Virus record (IMG/VR): IMGVR_UViG_3300027921_000004
Location: 1 to 24,756 of that record
Source of the DNA: a virus
Taxonomy: Duplodnaviria > Caudoviricetes
Reading direction: 5' to 3' (one strand)
DNA: 24,756 nucleotides
The notes beneath the pieces were generated by a model. It was not told the origin of the DNA and ran no database searches. It worked only from the letters and a program-made list of their open reading frames with translations. Below are positions 18,374-24,488 of the stretch, piece after piece. Position numbers and translations under genes: made by a program. Numbering within the stretch: position 1 is the first letter of the stretch; every line of letters begins with the position of its first letter.

Positions 18374-19606
18374 TCACGCCAGCCATCCGTGCCCGCCAAA
18401 CTGGGGGATGTCGTAGCCTGATTGCTCCTGGTGCGACGCCACGCCGCCAAGCAGTGGCTCCATCGCGTACCTGATCGCATCCCAGCAGTGGTCATTGCCC
18501 GGCTTGAGCTTGGGCAGGATGTCGCCGCTCAGTCTGTCCACCGCCCATTGCCATAGTCGAGACTCCTCCAGTGCGTGCGCACAGCGTGGGTGGATGACGA
18601 TCCCGTCGAACCCTCGCAGCAGCGCAATGCCATCCTCAATGCTGCCCGGCCCCTTTACGGCCGCATGGACGCGATACCCGCGCTTGACCATGTGCGCGAT
18701 TGTCTCGGGCCTGGCGCTGTCGGCCCGGATGACGTGCTGGCGAGAGCCTGGAACGAGATCGAACAGCCCTGGCAGCGCATCTAGATCGACCCTGTGTCCG
18801 TATGCCTCATGCTCGACATAGAGGTGGCGCGCGTGTACCCAGCATTTCACCAGCGTCGTCGGGTCCACGCTGTAGCCCCAGTCCGCGCCGTAGTACGGGC
18901 CATCCCAGTCAGAGCCTGGCGTGAAATCATCCACCACGCATTTACCAGCGAGAACCTGGGCCTCACTGTGCAGCACGCACGCGCCCTCCCAGATGTGCAG
19001 GTACGCATCCATATCGGTGCGGCGCATCTGCTCCATCTCGGCCCGCAGCACATCGGGAAACCACGGATTATCCTGCCAGTTCACGCGATGGACGATTGAG
19101 CCGGCCGGGGGATTGAGCACGAACCGCTGATAGGTGGAATCGCTCTCCATCGAAGGGTTGAACGAAATCCATATCTCAGAGTTTGGCGAGCGGATGGTGG
19201 GAATCAGAAACTTCCAGCTTTCCTCACTCACGCCCTGGGCTTCCTCCACCCAGCAGATGGATATGCCCTCAGTGGATTTGATTTCAGCGCTGTTGGCGCG
19301 CAGGCCGGCGAAAATGAACTCGCTCCCGTTGCGGCAGCGCAGGTAGTTCTGGCCCACGTCGTAATATGCCTGTAGGCCGCACATCTCGATCTGCTCTCGC
19401 AGCAATTGGAGCACGGATTGTTTGATCGAGTTTTGCAGCTCACGGCAACAGAGGATGCGGATTTTGCGCTGCATCGCCGCTATCAGGGCCAGGCGGGCGA
19501 ACACCCATGATTTGCTCGACCCGCGCCCGCCATAGGCGATTTTGTGCCGTGCTGGCGGGGAGAATTCAGCCGCCCACGGTGGTAGCTCGATGGTGCGCTC
19601 TGTCAC
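18374..19606 (-). CDS. terL: Terminase large subunit (PBSX family)
   Basis: Walker A YGGRGSSKS, Walker B CWVEEAQ, SFNP, nuclease YGADWGYSVDP, RADSARPETI and NDHCWDAIRYA. Confidence 0.95.
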   Translation of the reverse strand: MTERTIELPPWAAEFSPPARHKIAYGGRGSSKSWVFARLALIAAMQRKIRILCCRELQNSIKQSVLQLLREQIEMCGLQAYYDVGQNYLRCRNGSEFIFAGLRANSAEIKSTEGISICWVEEAQGVSEESWKFLIPTIRSPNSEIWISFNPSMESDSTYQRFVLNPPAGSIVHRVNWQDNPWFPDVLRAEMEQMRRTDMDAYLHIWEGACVLHSEAQVLAGKCVVDDFTPGSDWDGPYYGADWGYSVDPTTLVKCWVHARHLYVEHEAYGHRVDLDALPGLFDLVPGSRQHVIRADSARPETIAHMVKRGYRVHAAVKGPGSIEDGIALLRGFDGIVIHPRCAHALEESRLWQWAVDRLSGDILPKLKPGNDHCWDAIRYAMEPLLGGVASHQEQSGYDIPQFGGHGWLA

Positions 19607-19944
19607 TCCTCGATCCCGATGCTCAGGGCGTCGTGCTCGATCACCGTGCCCTGCTCCTCTGCTGCTATGTGGACAGCCCCGTAGACGATGCGCATGACAA
19701 TCTCGCCGCCGTCTGCCCCGCTCATCTCAACCTGCTGGCGAGGCTTGCCGTCGAGTACATCGCGCAGCATCTCGCAGGCCCAGCGCTCGCCGCCTGCCGC
19801 CAGGTCCATCACGGAGTTAACCGCCATTACGATCCGCTGCCGCTCGCTCGGTAGGGTCTTTGCCTCGCGCTCAATGAGTGCGCGGATGTGCGACTCCCAC
19901 AACTGAGATTTCCCACCTGCTCTATTGCCTAGTGCGAAGGCCAT
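19603..19944 (-). CDS. terS: Terminase small subunit (putative)
   Basis: 113 aa, GTGA overlap with terL; N-terminal F..GN..G and C-terminal LDGKPRQQVEMSGADGG motifs. Confidence 0.65.
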   Translation of the reverse strand: MAFALGNRAGGKSQLWESHIRALIEREAKTLPSERQRIVMAVNSVMDLAAGGERWACEMLRDVLDGKPRQQVEMSGADGGEIVMRIVYGAVHIAAEEQGTVIEHDALSIGIEE

Positions 19945-19959
19945 AATATGCGGTCATGT

Positions 19960-20008
19960 ATAAGCTTTTGGTTATGCAACCATAGCACAACCATAACCAA
20001 AAGCTTAT
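19960..20008. repeat. Perfect 17-bp inverted repeat upstream of terS
   Basis: ATAAGCTTTTGGTTATG (19960-19976) and CATAACCAAAAGCTTAT (19992-20008), with a 15-nt spacer. Confidence 0.9.
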
Positions 20009-20070
20009 GGTTTATGTCCAATATCCTGGCTACGGGTCAAGATTACACGTCAGATGGGGGCGATCATGCG

Positions 20071-20619
20071 TTATGCACCACGGTTCAATAACCTGTATTT
20101 GGTGTCAGTGTCGCCCTCAACCCAAACCGTCCAATGCACCTCCATTGTTGGCGCTCCGCCACGCTCTCCGCCCATGAAATCAGGCCGCCAAGTCAATGGC
20201 AGCACATAAGCGGGCGGAAACTCCTTGAACAGCAACGAGCGTTTTTTCGCGTGCCAGTATTGGGATTTTAAAACCATTGCCACCGTCCCAGCCTGAGTCA
20301 GCGCATGGCGTATGAATTCCTCGCTCACATTGAATGGGGGATTGGTAATAACTGCGTCATAGTCGGCACTCGTTTCGAGAAAATCAATTCCGCCATTCCC
20401 GTAACCAGTGTGGCGAATATCGCTTGATACAACGTCGTGTCCGTACTGTTTCAGAACTTCCGCCATCGCTCCATTACCGCAAGCTGGCTCCAAAATTAAG
20501 CAGGGTTTCAATTCCAGAAAACGCATGAGTGCGTGTGTTACATCTGGCGGCGTTGGGTAGAAATCCAAGTCGCGCCGTTTGTTGTCCGTACTGCTGTTTG
20601 CTAAATTAAGTGCTTTCAT
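20071..20619 (-). CDS. Cassette 1: DNA amino-methyltransferase (N6-A/N4-C type)
   Basis: DFYPTP, motif I ILEPACGNG, motif IV VITNPPF. The stop TAA lies within GTTATGC at 20070-20076. Confidence 0.85.
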   Translation of the reverse strand: MKALNLANSSTDNKRRDLDFYPTPPDVTHALMRFLELKPCLILEPACGNGAMAEVLKQYGHDVVSSDIRHTGYGNGGIDFLETSADYDAVITNPPFNVSEEFIRHALTQAGTVAMVLKSQYWHAKKRSLLFKEFPPAYVLPLTWRPDFMGGERGGAPTMEVHWTVWVEGDTDTKYRLLNRGA

Positions 20620-20641
20620 TCCACATCCTTAAAGTTGCCAC

Positions 20642-20705
20642 GCATAACACTGCGCTCAAAAAGGACAAGCCAAAACCCGGCTTGCCTTTTAGCTAGGCGT
20701 TAGGC
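20642..20705 (+). repeat. attC site 1 (64 bp)
   Basis: GCATAAC-ACTGC-GCTCAAAA...TTTTAGC-TAGGC-GTTAGGC. Confidence 0.9.
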
Positions 20706-21047
20706 ATCATGCAGCAGCACTGCACGCGCCATTTCAATATCCCGCGCCTTCGGCTTTATGCACCGGATCACGCGGGCCTTTTCACACTGCCACGAAAGCC
20801 CCGGCATAGAGCAATCCGGGTCTGGCTCAACCTCACCGAGCGGTTCGCACTCGTAAATTACGCCGTTCTTGACGCCTGCCGCGTACAGCAGCGCCGCCGC
20901 TTGGCTCGTGGTCACATAAACTCTATCGCGCCTATGCACATCAGCCGCCCCATATTCCGAGAGCGAGGGCGCTTTCGTTACTGTCGGCGGCAATATGTAC
21001 GCTCCACGCTGGATACCGCGCCGACCGCCGTGCCAGTAAGTCGTCAT
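20700..21047 (-). CDS. Cassette 2: Arr-like ADP-ribosyltransferase-fold protein
   Basis: YWHGG, RVYVTT, VIYECEPLGEVEPDPD and SW parallel the Arr motifs FYHGT / IYFT / IYIVEPTG..EDDP / SY. Confidence 0.6.
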   Translation of the reverse strand: MTTYWHGGRRGIQRGAYILPPTVTKAPSLSEYGAADVHRRDRVYVTTSQAAALLYAAGVKNGVIYECEPLGEVEPDPDCSMPGLSWQCEKARVIRCIKPKARDIEMARAVLLHDA

Positions 21048-21058
21048 CTCGTCTCCAT

Positions 21059-21124
21059 GCCTAACACGGCGCTCAAGCGGGACCGGGCAAACTGCCGCCC
21101 GGCCCCTTAGCTTCAGCGTTATGC
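21059..21124 (+). repeat. attC site 2 (66 bp)
   Basis: GCCTAAC-ACGGC-GCTCAAGC...CCTTAGC-TTCAGC-GTTATGC. Confidence 0.9.
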
Positions 21125-21316
21125 GTCTTCATAGCACGGCTCAGTCACGAAAGCCGGGACATCGACCGCACGAACTTCGTCAATCGAGTACAACGGCGAT
21201 GGCCCTGTCGCGTAGTGGCTTTTCGTCACTTCATACAACACGCCGTCGCAGCGAATAAACCGCGCCTTTTGTTTCTCGGCTTGGCGTTTCAGGTAGTACC
21301 ATTTTTCGTCTGTCAT
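21119..21316 (-). CDS. Cassette 3: hypothetical protein
   Basis: Likely start MTDEK at 21316 after AAAGGA; stop lies in the R' box. Confidence 0.65.
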   Translation of the reverse strand: MTDEKWYYLKRQAEKQKARFIRCDGVLYEVTKSHYATGPSPLYSIDEVRAVDVPAFVTEPCYEDA

Positions 21317-21338
21317 TTCGCGTCCTTTCATCAAATAC

Positions 21339-21402
21339 GCATAACCCGTCGTTCCAGCGGACTGGCGATAATGCCGCCAGCCGCTGAACTCAGGCGTTAT
21401 GC
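21339..21402 (+). repeat. attC site 3 (64 bp)
   Basis: GCATAAC-CCGTC-GTTCCAGC...GCTGAAC-TCAGGC-GTTATGC. Confidence 0.9.
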
Positions 21403-21693
21403 CGCTTCATACGTCGCCTCGAAAATGTCAGGCTTGCACGGGTACAGTTCGCCCTTCACGCCCTGGATGATCCAGTCGCCCCACGAAACGAGGTGCTGCC
21501 CTTCGAGCGTGCCAATCGAAAGCGTTCCGTCGCCCGTGCCTTCTTCGGTCGGGTACAGCGAGCCGGGCGCTTCGCGGTCAAGCTGCCAGGCGCGGTGCAT
21601 CCAGTTCGGCCAATCGGCATTGCTGGCGCGGCGCTCTTCGGTCATCTGGAACGCCTCGATCACTACGGGCTTCTTGCGAAATTTCAGGTTCAT
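21397..21693 (-). CDS. Cassette 4: conserved phage protein (PGDYG-like)
   Basis: Start MNLKF after GGAG. RKKPVVIEA...TLEG...GDWIIQGVKGELYPCKPDIFEATYE is a widespread phage accessory family. Confidence 0.8.
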   Translation of the reverse strand: MNLKFRKKPVVIEAFQMTEERRASNADWPNWMHRAWQLDREAPGSLYPTEEGTGDGTLSIGTLEGQHLVSWGDWIIQGVKGELYPCKPDIFEATYEAA

Positions 21694-21727
21694 TTTGTTC
21701 TCCAAAACCGCGCTTCGTGGGTAGGCG

Positions 21728-21803
21728 GCATAACCCGTCAATCAACACGGACGCCTGCCGGCGATAAAGCCGCCGTCAGTCGCCGATTATTTCTGCGTTG
21801 GGC
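21728..21803 (+). repeat. attC site 4 (76 bp)
   Basis: GCATAAC-CCGTC-AATCAACA...GATTATT-TCTGC-GTTGGGC. Confidence 0.85.
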
Positions 21804-22021
21804 GCATCAATTGCAGCATCAATCAGAGCGAGAGTTTCGTCATCCCATGAACGCAAAACTAGAGATTTCCTCGCCTCTATCATGGCCACCTGTAGCGCCT
21901 CGCGTTTCCGCCGTTCATCGTGCCAGCGATCGTAGAATTCAGCGTGTTCCCGCTCCAGAACTTTCATCCGGTCTTCCATTTCTATTAACCGGCAAGCATC
22001 AGTACATGGGTGCAATGGCAT
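21776..22021 (-). CDS. Cassette 5: hypothetical coiled-coil protein
   Basis: 81 aa after GGAAGGA; the C-terminus PNAEIIGD is encoded inside attC4. Confidence 0.6.
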   Translation of the reverse strand: MPLHPCTDACRLIEMEDRMKVLEREHAEFYDRWHDERRKREALQVAMIEARKSLVLRSWDDETLALIDAAIDAPNAEIIGD

Positions 22022-22043
22022 TTCATTTTCCTTCCGTTATATC

Positions 22044-22110
22044 GCCCAACAGGCGCTTCAACGCGGACGGGCGAAAATGCCCGCCCGCCGGTTAAGCTTT
22101 GGCGTTGGGC
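22044..22110 (+). repeat. attC site 5 (67 bp)
   Basis: GCCCAAC-AGGCG-CTTCAACG...GGTTAAG-CTTTGGC-GTTGGGC. Confidence 0.88.
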
Positions 22111-22114
22111 GTCA

Positions 22115-22342
22115 TCATTCATGCGCCTTTCGTTCGATTCCGACCTTCTTGACAATCAGAGACAGCATTTCCAATGTCGCCGCCGCGTCTTCCTGGTTCA
22201 CCGGCATTGTCACCTGCATTCGGCCTTTCATTGTCGCTGCGCTCTCCTTTCTGATCTGGCGTTCCGCCCACAACTGACCCCACCCGAAACCAGCAAACAA
22301 GAGCACTCCGATAGTAATTACTGCCGTGAAAATTTCTTCCAT
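22115..22342 (-). CDS. Cassette 6: small membrane-anchored hypothetical protein
   Basis: 75 aa; N-terminal hydrophobic helix; AAAGGA RBS. Confidence 0.65.
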   Translation of the reverse strand: MEEIFTAVITIGVLLFAGFGWGQLWAERQIRKESAATMKGRMQVTMPVNQEDAAATLEMLSLIVKKVGIERKAHE

Positions 22343-22366
22343 TTCAGTATCCTTTCAAGTTGTCAT

Positions 22367-22455
22367 CGCTAACAAGCGCTTCGAGCGGACCGGCGAACAT
22401 GCCGCCTCACTCCGATCCACCGCCGCGCGCCGGCCGCTCATGGCTGGCGTTAGAA
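22367..22455 (+). repeat. attC site 6 (89 bp)
   Basis: CGCTAAC-AAGCG-CTTCGAGC-GGACCGGCG...CGCCGGCC-GCTCATG-GCTGGC-GTTAGAA. Confidence 0.8.
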
Positions 22456-22512
22456 CCCAAGCCGTGGAGTCCCGTTACCGGGGCTCCAGAGTTTGGCTTC
22501 TTGGCGGGGGCG

Positions 22513-22668
22513 TCAGTATCCAGAAACACCAACGTCCCCGGTGCATATCAGCGGCCCGATAGGGCGCGGCATACGCGGCTCAGTATCGGCGTCGGCACGC
22601 TCTTGATCCACCATAGGTTCTGGCCAGTGGTAGCTGAGGGCCAAGCCGATCAACAAAACAATCAGCAT
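22513..22668 (-). CDS. Cassette 7: small protein (51 aa) with hydrophobic N-terminus
   Basis: Below the ORF-track cutoff. AGGAG RBS, then MLIVLLIGLALSYHWPEPMVDQERADADTEPRMPRPIGPLICTGDVGVSGY. Confidence 0.5.
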   Translation of the reverse strand: MLIVLLIGLALSYHWPEPMVDQERADADTEPRMPRPIGPLICTGDVGVSGY

Positions 22669-22683
22669 CTTCTGTGTCTCCTG

Positions 22684-22753
22684 TTCTAACTAACGCTTCA
22701 ACCCGGACGCTGCGCATAAAGGCCGCGCCGCGCCGGTTAAGCTGGCGTTATGC
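22684..22753 (+). repeat. attC site 7 (70 bp)
   Basis: TTCTAAC-TAACG-CTTCAACC...GGTTAAG-CTGGC-GTTATGC. Confidence 0.88.
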
Positions 22754-22932
22754 CGCGTGCAATTATCCACATCATGAATAACAACGGTCATTCCAAATGG
22801 GTCAAAAACCTGACATCCGCACACTGGGCACGTTTTTGGCTGCCTGGCGACGAACTTAGTAATCTGCTCGTCATCGTCGGGAATGCCACATTTTTTGCTG
22901 CACCTGGCTTTCGTGTACTCAACAAAATCCAT
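22690..22932 (-). CDS. Cassette 8: Cys-rich (CPVCG zinc-ribbon-like) hypothetical protein
   Basis: Likely start MDFVE after AAAGGA; reads through almost all of attC7 before stopping. Confidence 0.6.
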   Translation of the reverse strand: MDFVEYTKARCSKKCGIPDDDEQITKFVARQPKTCPVCGCQVFDPFGMTVVIHDVDNCTRHNASLTGAARPLCAASGLKR

Positions 22933-22952
22933 TTCATTTCCTTTGTTGTCAC

Positions 22953-23043
22953 GCATAACTGGCGGGTCAAGCGGGACGCCCGGCCGGCGTGGTTTGGTCT
23001 TTGCCGGCGTGGTGCCGGGCGCCCCTTACCCTAAACGTTATGC
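22953..23043 (+). repeat. attC site 8 (91 bp)
   Basis: GCATAAC-TGGCG-GGTCAAGC...CCTTACC-CTAAAC-GTTATGC. Confidence 0.88.
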
Positions 23044-23286
23044 GTCGTCTTCATTGCATATGTCGGTTTTTGGTCTTGATGTCATCCAGGCAATTATCTC
23101 ATCTTGCCGCCACATCACGCTTTTAGCTCCCCATCGCATTGGTTTCGGGAACTCTGGATCATAACGAGAATGTTCAGGGTTAATCATTTCGTAAATCTTG
23201 CTCCTGCTTATTCTTAATGCACCTTCAACCTCTACGCGCGTCATGATTAAGAATGGCGGATCGAATACAATTTTCACAGGTTTCAC
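23038..23286 (-). CDS. alpA: Cassette 9: AlpA-family phage regulator / recombination-directionality-factor-like HTH protein
   Basis: EVE..L.ISRSKIYEMINP....YDPEFPKPMRWGAKSVMWRQDEIIAWM is the AlpA pattern. Confidence 0.85.
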   Translation of the reverse strand: MKPVKIVFDPPFLIMTRVEVEGALRISRSKIYEMINPEHSRYDPEFPKPMRWGAKSVMWRQDEIIAWMTSRPKTDICNEDDA

Positions 23287-23308
23287 GTCTATATCCTTAT
23301 GTTGTCAT

Positions 23309-23400
23309 GCATAACGGGCGGTTCAAGCGGAGCGCGCGAAATGCCGGTTCACTTCGTGGTTAGCGCCTCGCGCGCGCCCGTTTAACCCAAGACGTTAGGG
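23309..23400 (+). repeat. attC site 9 (92 bp)
   Basis: GCATAAC-GGGCG-GTTCAAGC...GTTTAAC-CCAAGAC-GTTAGGG. Confidence 0.88.
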
Positions 23401-23651
23401 GCTTCCGGAAGCGGCATCCAAAACACAAAATAGTGCAATTCTTGACCCGAGACAGCATCACAAAACCCGCCTATAAAATCTCTCCAGTAAACCACCGCCA
23501 TCCCGGTTTCGTCTCCATTATCGGCATACCCGAGAAATACTTTCCCATCTTTCGGCGCGGTTTCAATTGGAAGCCATGCCCCTAACCCGGCGCTCAACGC
23601 GGACGCTGCGCCGTCAAGCTCTTCAACCTTCATCACTTCTTCCACGTTCAT
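23382..23651 (-). CDS. Cassette 10: DUF551-like phage protein
   Basis: WLPIETAPKDG...WMPLPEAP. Starts inside attC10 and ends inside attC9. Confidence 0.8.
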   Translation of the reverse strand: MNVEEVMKVEELDGAASALSAGLGAWLPIETAPKDGKVFLGYADNGDETGMAVVYWRDFIGGFCDAVSGQELHYFVFWMPLPEAPNVLG

Positions 23652-23701
23652 CTCTCCTTCAATCGTCGGCGCGCGCAGCGCCTGTTAGCTGGGCGTTAGC
23701 C
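23580..23701 (+). repeat. attC site 10 (122 bp; long loop carries an RBS and ATG on the minus strand)
   Basis: CCCTAAC-CCGGC-GCTCAACG-CGGACGCTGCGC...GCGCAGCGCC-TGTTAGC-TGGGC-GTTAGCC. Confidence 0.85.
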
Positions 23702-23874
23702 GCCACCTTCGCGGCCTTCTCGCGGCGTTTCAGCAACTTTGCCGCCAGCGCCTTGATAGCCACCCAGTCTTCCGGGTGGGCGTAGATTTCCAGGCGTTTC
23801 AGGCCAAGAGCGGCGGCCCGCTCTCGCAGGGCCGCTACCCGAGCACTGACGGATTTCGGATCATTCCGGGTCAA
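23659..23874 (-). CDS. Cassette 11 ORF c: small basic putative DNA-binding (ribbon-helix-helix/antitoxin-like) protein
   Basis: Likely TTG start after GGAG. RVAALRERAAALGLKRLEIYAHPEDW..IK; the tail is encoded in attC10. Confidence 0.55.
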   Translation of the reverse strand: MTRNDPKSVSARVAALRERAAALGLKRLEIYAHPEDWVAIKALAAKLLKRREKAAKVAANAQLTGAARADD

Positions 23875-24046
23875 TCCAGTCTCCAGGAACGTGCTCGATG
23901 AAGAAATTCTCATCCACCTGCACACCCATGTGGCGCGCAGTATTGATACGCTGGTGCATCTCTGTTTCGCAGTCCGTACTGTTGTCAGACACGAACACGC
24001 AAACTCCATCCTGAGAAATTAATTTGTAATTCGATGGTGAGTACAT
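23861..24046 (-). CDS. Cassette 11 ORF b: hypothetical protein
   Basis: 61 aa; TAATG overlap with the upstream ORF. Confidence 0.55.
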   Translation of the reverse strand: MYSPSNYKLISQDGVCVFVSDNSTDCETEMHQRINTARHMGVQVDENFFIEHVPGDWIDPE

Positions 24047-24321
24047 TATGTGAACTCCCGGATAATGAAATGTTTTGCATCACTTTCGATGCGTTCGATA
24101 TCCTCAAACAACTCACTATCCGCAGTCAGTGTGACCATTCCATCCTCTGTTGCAGTTGCCTCGACATACCGAGAGCGTGTGTCAGCAACCGCACTGCGCG
24201 CCAGGTCGATGAAAACCTGAAAATACCCGTGCGCGCCTTTACTCAGCGGCCCCTCACAAGCTGCGACAGCGAATTCCATCTCTTTTCTTAGGTCGATGGT
24301 GACGGTGCGTTTTTCTGTCAT
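24046..24321 (-). CDS. Cassette 11 ORF a: acidic hypothetical protein
   Basis: 91 aa; AGGAG RBS; directly downstream of the predicted promoter. Confidence 0.7.
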   Translation of the reverse strand: MTEKRTVTIDLRKEMEFAVAACEGPLSKGAHGYFQVFIDLARSAVADTRSRYVEATATEDGMVTLTADSELFEDIERIESDAKHFIIREFT

Positions 24322-24353
24322 TTCGTGCTCCTGGTTGGTTGCGGTACGGTTCT

Positions 24354-24382
24354 AATATAGCAAACCGTTTCCGGTAACGCAA
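24354..24382 (-). promoter_or_regulatory. Sigma70-type promoter inside cassette 11 with an overlapping near-palindromic operator
   Basis: Minus strand TTGCGT-17 nt-TATATT with TG extension and an A/T-rich upstream tract; GTTACCGGAAAC overlaps the -35 and spacer. Confidence 0.6.
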
Positions 24383-24419
24383 GGGCTTGAGAAGATATAT
24401 TTTTTGTCACGGCTGTCAC

Positions 24420-24488
24420 GGCTAACTCGTCGTTCCAGGCGACCGGGCGGATAAAGCCCCGCCCGCCGCCTGAACTGTTGCGTTAGGC
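24420..24488 (+). repeat. attC site 11 (69 bp)
   Basis: GGCTAAC-TCGTC-GTTCCAGG...CCTGAAC-TGTTGC-GTTAGGC. Confidence 0.9.

Noticed and set aside
23-19854. Numerous plus-strand ORFs in the track
   Set aside because: They are antisense shadows of GC-rich minus-strand phage genes, with no recognisable motifs.
20700-21047. Calling this a bona fide rifampin-resistance arr gene
   Set aside because: Only fold-level motif similarity; the characteristic Arr substrate loop is missing.
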